Positions 26,401 to 42,305 of a stretch of DNA of 64,000 nt are shown here, one piece after another. The translations under genes and the position numbers were made by a program. The stretch's first letter is position 1. Every line of letters begins with the position of its first letter. Source of the stretch: Chrysomallon squamiferum (lineage: Eukaryota > Animalia > Mollusca). The stretch covers positions 15,686,001-15,750,000 of the forward strand of contig CM022671.1 in the NCBI GenBank assembly GCA_012295275.1. Reading direction: 5' to 3'. Under the pieces are notes generated by a model. That model was not told where the DNA came from. It saw nothing but the letters and a program-made list of their open reading frames with translations, and did not search any database.

Positions 26401-27576
26401 ATGTGTGTGTGCGTGTGTGCGTGTGTGTGTTTTCACTGCCAAGTTAGTATTGACATTAATAAATTTAATCGGACTGTGATTTTCTGTTCATATTAGAGTT
26501 CGATGGCGATAATCGTAATGGTCAAAGTGTGCACTGTGCATGTCCATGGTAACAATGATCGTGATGGTCAAGATGGTGATGATGATGATGATGATGATAG
26601 TGGATATCATGATATTGATAATAGTAGTGGAATGATAATGACCATGATAACGATAATGACGGTACGATGATGAAGATAAAATAATAATAATAATAATAAT
26701 AATAGAATAATAATTAGTAATAAAGATGATGATGATAATACTAACAGCGGGTGGAAAAAATCATAATGATAATGCTGATAATCTTGATGAAGATCGCGAT
26801 GACGATGATAATGATCGAAGTCATGGCAATGATCATGATCATGATGATCTTAACTATGGCGACGGTGATGAAGATCATCATCATCATCATCATCATCATC
26901 ATCGCAGTGATATAAAAATAATTAAAACTTATCCTACGAAACGAACACGAGAAAGAGGGAGGCGGCGTGCAGATAAAGGTGGGCGTGAAAACTTCACGTC
27001 AAGTTAATGTTCCTATTTTTATCTCCGTTATTACATAATTACAGACCTGGATGACCACTGTGTTTACATCAGCTCCAGTCTCGCGTTTGTATCAGTTTTA
27101 CAAAGAATGAAAACATTACCTCTGGCTAAGGAATCGAAAACACACATGTAATCAATTTTGCAACAGTAGATCTTTTTCAGCGTGTAATCAGTCATTTAAT
27201 GGTTGGTGCTTGACACGAATTTTAGTATAAAGTTTCTATATGAGGCCTTTCGCGAGCTCTTCGTAAGAGTTCTCATTTTTTGTTTTAAATTTTACTTTTC
27301 TGACGCTGTTTTATTTTAAAGTGCACAGATCATTACATACTGCCATCAGTGTGTGCATTGAACACGTTATGAGCCCGTCGGGTTCAAAGGGTTAATGACC
27401 TGTAGTCAGTGAATGGCATTTAAACTGTCCTGAAAAAAAAAAAAAAGTTTAAAAAAATTAACTTAGTCCCATGTGACTCTCGATGTCTACTCGGTAACAC
27501 TGTCCAGTGACACCACTTTCCAGCATTTTTTAATGTGGTTTATTTTTTCGACCGTTTTCTTTTCTTTTTTTTTTTT

Positions 27577-27608
<32 letters not shown>

Positions 27609-27878
27609 TTTTGTAATCTACGCTAGACTTTCAAGCAAATGATTTCCATACCACAAGTCACAGACGGGACGATTAAAGTTAACACAATTTCAATATCGTT
27701 TAATGCTATTCCCTACTACTGCTATTTCGGAGCAATCGTTATTTGGGTTCCTATAACGTCATTAATGTGTGTCCATCGATTGTTATGCTCTTTCATTTCT
27801 CGCAAAAACATTCATTTAGAACAGCTGTATTTTTGGTCGACCTGTAGAACTTAATATGTCCTGCGATAAAGCGTGGTG

Positions 27879-27911
<33 letters not shown>

Positions 27912-28581
27912 GTTTTCTCAACAGAGATCTGACAATCCATATCCTCATGCGAATGCATTAATGAGGTGACAACAAAACTATAATTGCTTCTAGAAAAGCT
28001 TAAACTCGTTACTGCAGTTACACCTCGTTCTGCTCGCTTGTACAATATTATTACCATTTGTTGTCCTACAATAGTTTTATATAAACAATTACATATGCTG
28101 TTTACACTAGGTTTCATTTAATTCGTTCTTTAACAATCTGGAATCTTTTGTAAGTTTGATATCATCCCCCATTGACTGTGTAAAACACTTAATATGGATT
28201 TTTTTTTTTCTTTCTTTCTTTCTTTCTGTCATTCAGTAGTGAAGTTTTTGTCTCCGTTAAGGATTGGCATGGGCTGACTGAAAGGATACACTAAGAGATT
28301 GTTTAATCTGGGAGTGTCGAACGATCGGATTTTAACAATCACTTTTTCTTAAAGCCGTCTTCAAAATAACAAAAACATGCATCATTAACTCTTTAGTACT
28401 AAGCCTCTAAAGACTAAATTAAATACCAAACCTTAAAATAATTTTTTTATTTTTTTTATTTTTTTTTTTTTTTTTTTTTTTTAAATACATTTATAACCAT
28501 TACGATTATTTGTTATTTCGTAACAATTTAAAAGGGAAAAAACCAACAAAAAAAACATAAGATTATTTGTTTGGTAACGAA

Positions 28582-28617
<36 letters not shown>

Positions 28618-28632
28618 AATCATATACATATA

Positions 28633-28696
<64 letters not shown>

Positions 28697-29424
28697 TCTC
28701 TCTCTCTCTATATATATATATATGATCATTTTGTTCAGTCACTTTTTGTGAATAATGCTCTCACGAAAATTTCCAAAATTAACGTCAGAATGATATATAA
28801 CTGTCAGTTATGAGACTTTTTAATCGAAGTAAATGTTATTTAGTCTTGCTGATTTTTTTTTTTTTTTTTGTGTTAATGTTGATAGATGAATGATTATCTA
28901 ATTATCGTTTTGATGTCATTCGTGCATCCGTGAGTCGATGCTCCCACCCGTAATTATCTCCGTGTATATATAGATATATATAACTCACGGAGACGCAATT
29001 ATAAAACAAAAAATAAAAAATGTGACCTATTTAGGCGCTATGCTGCTACTGTGAAAACAAGGTGTAAAACTAGTACCTACTACAGTTGTTACCTTACTAC
29101 TAGCACTACTATTACCACAACACTGTTAGTACTGTTAATACTACAGTCATTGCAGCTACTGCTATTACTATTACTGTTGCCATTATTACTACAACTGCTG
29201 CCACTATTGCTAACACTACTACTAATACGACTGCTTCTACTAATTAATAACAAGAAGAATAAGAAGAAGATGGAACGAATGAAAAGAAAGAAAGAAATCT
29301 TTCGTTGATAAAGCTATTAAAACCAGATATTTTTTTCTAAATAAAGGAATATGAAAAAAAACATTTTTCTCCTTTGTTTAAAAAAAAAATAAAACAAATA
29401 AAAATAAAATAAAAAACATTAAAA

Positions 29425-29631
29425 ATTAAAGAAAATAAGCATGTCTATCTTTTGGACAAACTTATAATTAAGTTTTGTATGATAATCAGCGTCCATTAAA
29501 GAAAATAAGCATGTTTATCTTTTGGACAAACTTATAATTAAATTTTGTATGATAATCAGTGTCCATTAAAGAAAATAAGCATGTTTATCTTTTGGACAAA
29601 CTTATAATTAAGTTTTGTATGATGATCAGTG
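29425..29631. repeat. 70-bp tandem triplication
   Basis: gaaaataagc recurs at 29431, 29501 and 29571 with near-identical intervening sequence. Confidence 0.95.
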
Positions 29632-29944
29632 GCCATTCCCACGATTTCGTGCAAAATGTTATTATTTATTTTTGTGGGCTGAAAGCTTTTTTCACTTTGA
29701 ATATTAAAAACGTGAGATTTATTAATGAGCGAGTGGATCGCGGGGGCAAGCGAGACAACACTAATACTTAAAGGATCACAATTATCTACTTATTTTTACT
29801 ATTATTATTATTACTGTTACTTACTTACATACTACTACTTCTATTAATTATATTACTATTACAAAATGTATTGTTTATATTTAAAATAGTTTCGTTAGTA
29901 AACGTTTTATTTAAAAAAAAAATCAGTATCAGTCTGATAATGAA

Positions 29945-30019
<75 letters not shown>

Positions 30020-30299
30020 CTATATATATATATATATTATATCTTATTATTATTTTATATTTTATTTTATCTTTATACTTGTTGTACATTACTAATAAAC
30101 TTTGATGTTACTCTAGTTAATAATGTGTATTGCATTTTGAAATATTGCTGTAGTTGTCTGACAATCTTCATTGTTAATAAATAAATAAATAAGGAAAAGA
30201 AAGAAGAAGAACTTAATATCATTGCAAACATGATTTTAGATATTATGCAAGTTTTTGTTAATGGGTATCAGGTCTCTTAATTGTAGACAAATACTAACA

Positions 30300-30376
30300 G
30301 TGAATACAACTCTGTGAATACAACTCTGTGAATACAACTCTGTGAATACAACTCTGTGAATACAACTCTGTGAATA
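30300..30376. repeat. 14-bp tandem repeat (TGAATACAACTCTG) x5
   Basis: Perfect copies starting at 30301, 30315, 30329, 30343 and 30357. Confidence 0.95.
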
Positions 30377-30460
30377 TTTTCCTAGCTTTACTTAAAATCT
30401 CTTCAAACCTGAAGTTTCTTAAGTTTATATAAACAAGCATTTTAAAAATGGGGAAAACAA

Positions 30461-30539
<79 letters not shown>

Positions 30540-32706
30540 AAACAACGATACGGAAAAAGAAGTGAAAATCACAAGCATTCGTTGAAGTGTCGAGACTGTT
30601 GCGGTTCTTTCACAAATTCAATTTGAGTTTCACATTTCTGAATGTCACGTGTTGTTGTTGTCGTCGTAACAAGAAGGAGTTGCCATGGTGACAGTCTGCA
30701 CGGAAGGGGTTGTAACCTTGAACAGTTATGAATGGCGAGGGTACAGAATTGTAACTGACTGTTACACTGCATCGTGCTCTGGACAGGTTAAATGAAATCC
30801 AAATGAATTAACATGAAAATGGAAAAGTGCATCTTGATTGTACATGAAATCAATAGATTCAGAGTTCAAAGATGGCGAGCCTCAAATTTTATTATCTATC
30901 AATAGATTCAGAGATCGAAGATTGCGTGCCTTTAATTTTGCTTTGTATCTATACTTGTATTCTACATCCGCGACAAATTTGTTTTTCAGGCACCAGACTA
31001 TTAACATACAAATTATTTTTACTTTTATTATCCTTTTCGTTATTTCTGATAGTTTCAGATACAACCAAGTTCTGTAATCAGTTTTATCAAAGACCATGGT
31101 ACGTGATTCCCTGTCGGAAAATTAATATGTGAGGTCACTTGTTGCTGATCGAAGAAGAATATCAGTTATATATTCACTTAGAAAATATGCAGTTGTTCAT
31201 GACTGCAGTGGTCCATTATCGTAATCATCATTACTTTTTCTTCTTAGTTCTTCTTTTTCATAACCATCCATTTTTGTCTCTTCTTTGTAACAGTGATGAT
31301 TATGAGAAAGGAAACATTCGTATCGATTACAACATCTTTCCACGAAAAGACAATATCAGTGACAGACATGTCTGATAATGCTTTGATATGTTACAGAACA
31401 ACAAAAATGGGGAGTTCAAGGTCGCATGAAATTACTTGAATTCAGTAATAGAAGACATCTAGAGTTATATTTTGACATGTACTGAATACTTATTACTAAC
31501 TGACAGCTATCACCAAAGTTTTATAAACAGTTGGTATCACACGAAATCTAGTATAAGGACAGACTCAGCTATTTTTAATGTATCAGTTAGCTGAAAGATG
31601 TTTTATGAATCTGAACTTTATAAACAAACATCTTGTTATTTGAACATATATGGAGGATGCAAACTGCTAAAACAAAACCCACGTTTGACTATGACAGGGT
31701 TAAAAGTAACAATATGACTATGTTGCCCTTCATTCATTTATTATTTGCGTTTCAAGTGACTTCACTAACACTATTACGAAGAAATGTATGAATCGCGAAA
31801 TTCAAATTTTATAATTTTATTATATTTTAAGGTATAATATTTGTACGAATTGTATTATTTTTATCATTTCCAGTTATTTCTGTGTCATCACACAATCGTA
31901 GCTACTGAAGAAAAAACTGATTTATCAGTCATCATCAATATTTAATCACCATTAAAGGAATTTTGAGTGAACAGTTATTATTATTATTGTTGTTGTTTGC
32001 GTTGATGGTATATCAAGAAATTAACCAAACATAAATGAATGATGATTTTTTATTTTATTTATTTATTTTTTATTCGTTCGTTCATTTATTTATTTATTTA
32101 TTTATTTTTTATTTTTTATTTCTTCTTTTTGTTTTACTTTTTCATGTTTTTTTTTTCCTTCACATTAACCTTTCGAAAGAATCTTCTACGATATAGCAAA
32201 TACCTATATAAATGCATATTTATATATTAATATCAAAACAGTGTCAGGTGTCAAGCTATCAATGATAAGTATTCGATGTATTATTTGAAATGCTGGCTAA
32301 AATTTATCGATATACCTAAAAGTTGTGTTTAATTACAGCACAATCAGAAATGAATGACTTTTTTTTGTGCTAACATTTTTCGTTAGTAATTGTGCAAATA
32401 CATTTAGCAGTCCTTTACATGCTGTGTTTAAATGTAACAATATTTAAAACGGGTAATATTTAAACGTCTTTTCGTAGGCAAGTAACAATTTTAGTCCAAA
32501 TATATTTTGTAAATTTTTATTTTATCGATTTATTATTGTTGCTGTCGTTGTTGCTGTTTGTTAATGGTAATATCCATAATTTTGGTTCAAATATTTTCAT
32601 TATTATTATTAAGTGACTAAGATAATGTGAAGAAAAAAAATGAGACGAAAGCAAAACAAAACAAACAGCAATTAACCTAATAATAATAATAATAGTAATA
32701 ATAACA

Positions 32707-32741
<35 letters not shown>

Positions 32742-32850
32742 CATCATCTACTAAAAAAACCTATTGTATTAATTTTAATACTTTTCATATCAGTCATCAT
32801 TCGCATTCATCTTGCTTTGAAAGAGGAAATAAAAAGTAAGGAACTGAAAC

Positions 32851-33040
32851 ACTCACCTCATATAATTAACTTCTTCCACCAAGTCCACATTATCGTCGGT
32901 GAGACGGATACAGAGCTTAGCACCAACTTCCGGTCAGACATAATTTCCAAATGCCGAGATACACCGGAAGTGATACATACAAATATAGCGTCCTTCAAAT
33001 TAGTGATACTAGACGACGAATTCGGTTGTGATCTATGATC
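32851..33040 (-). promoter_or_regulatory. Candidate distal promoter / first non-coding exon of the PRSS23-like gene
   Basis: CpG-rich island with an inverted pair of ETS sites (ACTTCCGGT, ACCGGAAGT) ending in a consensus donor GAG|GTGAGT (32856-32851), on the same strand as the acceptor at 21233. Confidence 0.45.
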
Positions 33041-36000
33041 TTCAGTTCAGAATAATTTATTACGATCAAAGAAAGTAAATTTAGATATGTTCAAATGATT
33101 TTTAAAAAAAGAAAGAAAAAAAAAAAAGGAAAAAAAAGGAAAAAGAAAAAGAAAACACGGTAAGAAAAGACCAGTCGTTCCTTTGATTTCAGGCAATTAA
33201 TGGAAAAAAACTGAAATAACATATCACGATTTAATTTGTGAGATCACGGATTAATGTCCTTGGTCAATAAAAACGACGAAATACAGTCAGCACGAGAACA
33301 TGTTTGAAAGACTTGTGGTTAGTAAAAGTCATCTTGCAGTGACTTAAATAAGATTTGCTTGTTCTTTTTTTTTTTTTTTTTTTAAATTTGAACCTAATTA
33401 CGGATATGTTTTTTCACCTATGTCCATACTAAGAGCGGTTATGTGTACTGATTCACTGATTTACATTGGCTGTTTGTCGCGCAAAACGACAATGACATCA
33501 TTACTGGATGGCCAACCCCAAAAGTCCGCCCACTACGGTTATCGGCTCTACCAGCATCAAACCAATTACACTATTACAAGTCACTGTGTGTCGCTGATTA
33601 TCTACTGAACGTCTGTCTCCGCACCTTGTCATACGACAGGCTCGGGGAGAAATTTGATTAATGCAAGAATGCGTTGCAATGCTCAACAGGCCGCCAGTTG
33701 CTCGGATATTATGGCTAAACCGTTAATGTTACACGCATTTCCAATAACTGCAACGTGCTTGTCGCATCGCCTACTGTATATATGAATGGGATTTATCAAT
33801 ATTTGCGTCAGGCGCCGCGGAATGGCGGGGGAGGCAATTAAATTGGTAATGGATACTACTTCATTGACATTCACTCATTCAAAACCGTACAAGAAGTAAT
33901 TACTGTCTTGATGAAAATAAATGTTATTATTATTATTGTTTTTCTTCTTCACAATTTGGACAAATTTCTGAATAAACTAAGTCAGGCCTTTCTTTCTTTA
34001 TTATATACGAAGACAAATGACCACTCAGTGAATCGTGCAGTCGATAACGAGCAGCTTCAGTTAACATAAAGCAGTTTTACAGTTTGTATATCCTATTGTA
34101 CTCAAATAAACTTAAGGATAAAAACTTTAATAAAAATAAGTACGCTCTTCATTCATTATTACTTTTTCTACTGATACAGTAAAAATCCTAGTTTTCTTTG
34201 ATAAGTTCGCTACTTATTACTCGATCAGTATATCCCACAGGAAGATTTTAAAAACATTTTATTGTTGTTTTTTGTTGTTGCTGCTGCTGCTGCTATATTT
34301 TATGTTATATTTGAGTCTTTCCGATATGAATTCTTGTGTAAGATAAAATCTCAGTGTTGTGTTTTCTCTAACCTCTGATATAGCAACTAGTAGCTGAGTT
34401 TTTTTTTTTTTTTTTTAGGTGATATCTATCAAAACCTATCTAAATATTCCATATTTTATTTTATTATGATTATGATTTTTTTTTTTTTTTTAATGTAAAT
34501 CGATGGCTTATTTGTTCTGACAAATGTCAGCTCTCGTATTTAATTCTCTACATACTGCAATTTATTTTAACATCCATTTTATTAAGACCATTTTAAATTA
34601 TATTATAGCATTTGTTAATTAATCGTTTTGGTTGGACTGTTTTAGTCGCCCTTACTGTGTGTGTTATTGGTTTGTTCGACGGAGTATTTTCATTTTTCAT
34701 GAAGAAAGATATTGTTTTAATTTTATTTCATATTTATTTCATTTTTGATTGATTGATTTATTTATTTTACAAGTATTTTATTATTATTGTTATTGTTGTT
34801 GTCGTTGTTTTTGTTGCTGCATTTTGTTGCTGCTGTTGTTGTTGTTGTTGTTGTTGTTATTATTATTTTTATTATTATTATTATTTGCTGTTGTTGCTGT
34901 TTTTGATGTTGTTCTTTTTTGGTTTAAAATGAAATTTAAAAAACTGCTGCAAAACAAAATTAACTATTAACAGATTTTTAATAAATATGAAAATCATATT
35001 CCCTTTTCCGTTTACAGTAATATTTAACTAAACACATTTTAAAATATTTTAAAACTTCCTTATTCACTTTAAATGAATTTATTCTGCTTCATTTTAACTG
35101 CAATTTGCCGCCTAACCCTGTAATTAAAGATTAGTCATGTTTTTCAAACCAAAAAAAACAGAAAAGGTAAACAAGAAACATATTGAAACTAAATGAAATC
35201 AAAAGAACGAACTGAATTAGTCTCAAGGGTAAGATAACAATCTAAATATTAAAATTAACTTATTAAGAGAACTGAAAAATATTTTTATTATTTTATTTTT
35301 ATTTTTATTTTTTTTTTGAAAATCAAACAACACCCACACGCGTTGATGTAACTCAAAATAAAATGAAAGAATAAAAACGAAAATCGAAAAACATTAAGAA
35401 ATAAAACGGTATGTTTTGTTATCTAATATAGTTCACCACTGTTCGTTAATAGCAGCGTTATTTTTGCATATGTGACTTGAAGTGTGAAATATTGTGTCAT
35501 TAATTGTTAGTTTTATTGTTGTGGTGCCAAGTAAAATGTATGTGTAATTAAATCAATCACTCATTTTATCTGAACTGTGATTACAGGTTATCGAAAATAA
35601 GATTCACGTGAATGAATATTGTAAATTTTTTAGTTATTATTAGTAGTAGTAGTAGTAGTAGTAGTATCATCATCATCATCGTTATGATCATCATCATCAT
35701 TTTTTATACTAATATTATGATTATCGTTGTCATTATCATTATTATAGTTATCGTTTTATCATTATCATCAGAAGCAGCAATATTAATATCATTATCGTTG
35801 TCATTGTTGTTATGACCATAAACATTATCATCTTTGTCATCATCATCATCATCATTATTATTTATTTATTTATTTATTTAGTCGACTGGGTTTTTCTTAG
35901 GATTTTTATTTTTATTATCATTACTTTTTTTTTTTTTTTGTTAGTTTAGTATTATCTTTTCGTAAAGATTCTGAATGTGAAATGAAATCCCATTACACGC

Positions 36001-36128
36001 CTTAAGACGTGTTTCACTGTTACCATAAACTGATCAAACCTGATCTTGGTGATTTTTTCACTTTGTTGTTACATTTTTTAACTGAATGAGTTTGTCGAGG
36101 TTTTTCTTCACTCTTATTTGGTTACGTC

Positions 36129-36175
<47 letters not shown>

Positions 36176-36254
36176 GCTGTTGGCTTTTCTTTCATTCATT
36201 TTTTTAATTTTTTTTTTTTTTATTTTTTTTTTAATTTTTTTTTTTAATTTTTAA

Positions 36255-36340
<86 letters not shown>

Positions 36341-36348
36341 TTTATTAC

Positions 36349-36382
<34 letters not shown>

Positions 36383-38209
36383 TTTTTTTTTTTATATATA
36401 TATTCGTGGGTGGACTGAACTGAGACTTGATCAGTTAGTTTTGTTACATTTTTGTTTAACGTTAAGAAAATTCTAAAAAAAACCAAAAACAAAATTCTAT
36501 TAAGGTCAGGAAAACGGAATTGAATTATGCTGCATTGGATTACATTAGTTTAACTGACTTCTTCCATTTATCGTTTTGCGCCTACATTTTCCTTCCTATT
36601 TCCCGAACATACACACACCCTACTGTTTCAAGAAATCCTACTTGTTGTCCACGACAGAAAAAAACGACAAAAAAAAAAAAAAAAAAAAAGAAAGAAAGAA
36701 AGAAACAATCTGTAAGATAATTTTGTTATTATTACACACGTCTTTGATCATTGACAATTCAGTATTGATTTTTAGCTGATTTAAGTCGCACTGTTTTTCC
36801 ATTACTCCTTCCCGTAATTACCCAAGATTGTCAGAGGCTACTGCATTATTATGCTCGCGATATGGTGCCTTTTAGCCACAATGCTTTGAGGTACACATGG
36901 GCCGTTTCCTGTAAGGTTCGCTGGGATTAATATAACATTGGCTTGACTTGGCTGCAATAAAATAATCGATTTTCGTCCACTTTTTAATTATGTGACACTC
37001 AGCACCACTTGATGCCAGAAATCAATCACTTCCAGTTTGATAACATGCGGGGGTGTTGTAATGTCATTGAGTAGCCTTAAGGCTTTTGCACTACAAACAC
37101 CGCCGCGTCTCTAAGAATTTGATGTTTGCTCTCTCTCCGTGTTTTTATTTTTTTTTCTTCTTCTTCTTCTTCTTCTTCTTTTTGGCCAGACATCTTTAAT
37201 ATTTGCTGAATTATGGGCGAAGATTTCGTCCCAGACTTGGTGCCATTCACAAAAGAACCACTTTAAACCAATTTCCTAAAAAAGTTTCATCCGTAAAATC
37301 GGGTTACTGACCGAACTTTTTTTTTTTTTTTTTTTTTTATCCCGTGAAACGCCTTCAATTCCGGTTTCTATTTTGATCGAAAAGAAAAAACTATTAGTTC
37401 AATAATGTTCATTATGGTCTCTCGAGCTATTTTAGAACCGTGAAAAGAATTCTGTATTTTATAACTCGTATAATATTGATCAGGAAAACACCTCTGATCC
37501 AGAAAGTCGTCTGTGACATGAATGCGAAGTAAAAATGTTGCAAACTTTCGCACAATGTCTCAATTAGTCGCAGAACTTCAACATTTAATATGATTAATGC
37601 TCATTTCATGAAATTTTGTAAATAGATGCTTGTGAAATATAAAAAACGATAAACGTGATATAATGACTTGTAATTACAACGTAATGGGTCCATTGATGGT
37701 AGATGATTATTATTAGAAGAAAAAAAAAAAAAAAATGAAAGGAATAGATATTTTAGAAAATCTTCAGGTAAGGTGAAAGTTTTGTTTCGTCTTTAAATCA
37801 GAGCGAAAACAAATCAGAAGAAAAAATAAAGTGTGTCCGTATATCCTAGTAAACACAAAGTATAATAAATAATGTAATCAGACACGAATATATATATATA
37901 TATATATATACGACTATATATTTATTTATATATATATTCGTGTCTATATTATTTCGGGTATGTGTGTGTATGTGTGGGTGTGGTGTGGGTGTTCAATAGA
38001 AACAAATCAATAAAACGTTTCAGGGATATACTTAAAAAAATCACAAAAAGAATGTACAAAAAAAAAACCTAGAAGTAATAAATTACATGAAAAGATCAGA
38101 CAATTTAAAGAAAATACAAAAGAATAGACTCTGTTTTAAAAACAAAAATGGAAGACAAGATAACAGTCTATTAGCAACAATAACAAATATCAGCGATATG
38201 AAATGTATA

Positions 38210-38318
<109 letters not shown>

Positions 38319-38871
38319 ATAATAATTTAATAACATAAATCTGAAAAATGAAACTCGAGCATGTCCTGAAAGAAAAATATAATGTAATTAAGAGCAGTGT
38401 AGGTTTTTCAGTCCAGATATCACTAACAATGCAGCTAGATTGAGCATGTTTGTTGAGAAAGTTGCAAATGCATTACAGTAAAACGTGATGGTGTGAAACA
38501 ATTTTCTGACATGCAGGAAAGTAAAAAACTGAGTTTCCTGAGATCACTCGACAGACGACAATTATAAACTATCAACTGCTACGCAAATAAAAACAGAAAA
38601 ATGAAAATAAAACAGCGTAGTTTTCTTTGCGGGAAAAAAAAAAGAGAAAATATTTGTAAATGCACAATTATTATTAAAGTTAACCGAAATACAAATTTAG
38701 ACTTCCTGTCCAAAAATATCGAAACAGGTTAGGCCACTTAGATCTGAAATAATGACTGCTCCATGCTGAACTGTATTGATATAGTTATTTGTCTTTTCAT
38801 GTATTTATTTAGTTATTTAGTTATTTATTATTTTTTTTTTTTTTTGTTGTTATTTATTTCTTTGTTTTTGT

Positions 38872-38925
<54 letters not shown>

Positions 38926-39751
38926 AAAAGCCGCTCTCCTTCGGTCCATATAATTAAGGATTAGAATAATGTAGAAAAAAACAAAATAATAATAATAATA
39001 AAATCGAAATTTGTGTATGTATGTATAATATCTTTGTGTGTATGTGTGTGTATGTGTGTGTATATATATAATTGGGATGTTTGATATCGCTTTCTTCTAA
39101 ATACGTACATATAAAAAAATGTCACTGTATATTCTTTAGTATTAATATTCTATTTATTCGAATTTCATACATTTTATTTATTAACTATCGCTGAGCGAAA
39201 AGATATAAACGTATGTAAATTACGTTATTCACATATTATGTCTGCTGTGAATCAAAATCTTTGAAACAACTTTGGTTTATACATTTGTTGGTTTTGTTTC
39301 CATGGCTAGGAAAGACTAAGTCTTTTAAGTTTATTTCGAAAAGCAGCACTGCTTACATGTATTAAGTTTAATATACGTAAGAAACTTATTTTACAGCTAT
39401 CTGAAAATAAATCCTCAGTTGAGTCCATTTTTTTTCACATTCTAGTCAACCCGGTTTAACAAAGGGCGCTAAATTGTGTCCTTTCGCCAGTTTATTACAC
39501 AAAATAGATAGTAGTATTTGTAAACATATAAACACAAAAGACACCTTATAATGATGGTATAAGCTTTATTATTATTCTTTTCTTTTTTTTTTTTTTTTTT
39601 TTTCTCGGAAATCTAATTATTGCTGTTATTTCTATTTTCTTTCGTTGGATATATATATATATCACAAAATGATTAATTGGTATGTACATTTGGACAGAAT
39701 TAACAAACAAACAATAAAAATATGATTAAAAAATTAAATGACAGCTTTATG

Positions 39752-39804
<53 letters not shown>

Positions 39805-40229
39805 CAATTTCTTTTATTTTTTGTCTGCATAAACAATTCACATTTCCGAAAACAAGCTTTTGTTCTTCTTAGTGCACACAGATGCAACAATGTTTCAAAG
39901 CAGTTAATAGTAGAAAATATCACTTTTTTTTTTTTTTTTTCTTTTTTTCAAGGATTACAAAGATAAGAAATATTTATCTGATCAGACGACAAGGACGAAT
40001 AACGAATTATCTTGACTATTTCCTTTACGTGATTTCTATCCTAATCAGTGCACGCAAATTCTTGTTTGTTCTACTACCTGTGAAAGTTCTCTGCTACGAG
40101 TATTCGTCTGTAGTCTCGATAAATTTAACAGCGAAAAGTAAAACTAATACCATCAGCCTGAGTCTCTTTGGTACCAGAACTGAAAAAAACAAATAATAAT
40201 AGTAATAATAAATATATATATATATATAA

Positions 40230-40288
<59 letters not shown>

Positions 40289-40526
40289 TAAATAAATAAA
40301 TAAAATTAAATATATTTTTTTTTTAAATCTTTCTTTTAAAATTTCTTTTATTATTTTACTTCTTTTTTTTTCTCCACAAAAAGCTGGTAACTGTATTCAC
40401 AAATGAACTACGCATAATCGATAAATTTAGTACCATGTCTATATTTACACTAAAACTGGCTTGTATTTAAGACGTTTCGTTACATTATTTTCAGTGATTT
40501 CTGAAAATAACTGAGTGAGTGAAAAC

Positions 40527-40586
<60 letters not shown>

Positions 40587-40998
40587 TAATTAACGTGCTA
40601 ATCAGAGAAAGCTGTTTTGGTTAAGGTAGGTTCCTAAGTTGTAATAATTTACATAGCAATAGCCCGAACTTAGAGATGATCTATGAAATCTAACGAAAGA
40701 TATTGTTAAGACTGAAGCATTTTAACTGTTGATTTCGATAGATGAATATAGTAATTTATAAATATTAACGTATTTTAAGTGAATCTTGTTTATTTTATTT
40801 ATTTTATTTGTTTTTGTCTCGATATCCTTGGAGGTATGGTAACTGGATGGTAATTGACTAAATTGTATGTAACAAAAGTAATGATTGGTTGAAATGAAAT
40901 AAACTATAAATAGAAGTCATGTGATAAGGGGATGGCCGAATGGATGTCAACATACCATTTTTCCATTCCATAGATAATGAAAAAATATTTCAGTTAAG

Positions 40999-41725
40999 AT
41001 GGAATCACATTCGCCGGATGAAGACACTAAAACTTCATCGGGAGATTATACTATATATGGATTAACGAATGTGCCGAAATTCACGAAGACTACAGCATTT
41101 GGCAAGGTAAAATCACCCTGAGCCTGATTCGTGTGCTACATAATCATACATATGACATAGAAGTTCTGTGCTTTTACATATGAAACTTGGTCATATTTAT
41201 GTAGCAGTTGATTATTAGAAAGATATATTGACAAAGTTATTTGCTAGAGTACATGTTAAACGATATTACAATTTGTATAGGACTATTTATTTACATATAC
41301 ATTAATATATCGAGGTTTAAGCCACGTGCATCTTATAAGAATTTTCCATTTCCTGTTAATGCTTTCTGGAATTTTATTTATTTTTAATCAATTATTTAAT
41401 TATTATTATTATTTTTTTTTTTTTTTTTGCTAACGACAACAACAGTAATACTAATATGAGTATGAGGTAATTTATTCCATATTATTATATTTTATATTAT
41501 TTTTTTTTTATTTTTCAGACAAAGACATTTTCAGGATTGTATCCAACAGAATGGGTGTTTTTGGCAATATCATCCATCAACATACTAACAGCTGTAGCGT
41601 TGACACTCTACCGCATGATTATTGTTTTACAAACAGATCCCGATTCTGCTGATTTCACATTCACATTACTTCTGCTGATAAATGCGGGTATTTCTCTGCA
41701 GTATTTGTTACTTATCTAACCAAAA

Positions 41726-41758
<33 letters not shown>

Positions 41759-42274
41759 TTGTTTTGTTTTCTTTTTATACTAATTTATTAAGTTTAAAAG
41801 TAATTGTAACAATAATCTTGTTTTCTCATATACTTTGATTCTGATATACATAAGAGAAAGGATCTGATAATCTGTTAGTCTGCTTCTCTCTTTTTCTTTG
41901 TGGTATAAATAATGTTTTTTTGTTAAAATAAATTTAAAATCAAGGGTAAATAAACAATTTTTATTTTTTATTCTTTTTTTTAATCTCCCACAGGCTTTTC
42001 GGGATTTTATGTCATTCATGGTGTGTTTCGAGAACGTGTTTATGAGCTGTACGCATTAATTGCAGCCATTTTAGTTGTTGCAATGTACTGCATTCTGGAG
42101 TATGCTGCTTTTAATGTGGAAGGAAGAACCACTGTTAAACTGGTTTGAGTTTATTTACTGTTTAGACTTTCAGACTATGTATTTTGTTTTTAGACATTTC
42201 TCACTTATTACTGAGGACCATTTACAGTCGTATATTAATTGTAACATTTATTAAAAGTCATATTATAAAATTAA

Positions 42275-42305
<31 letters not shown>

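Noticed and set aside
26726-27007. Asp/His-rich 93-aa ORF (metal-binding or biomineral protein candidate)
   Set aside because: Lies in a degenerate (GAT/CAT)n low-complexity tract, with no signal peptide or splice support
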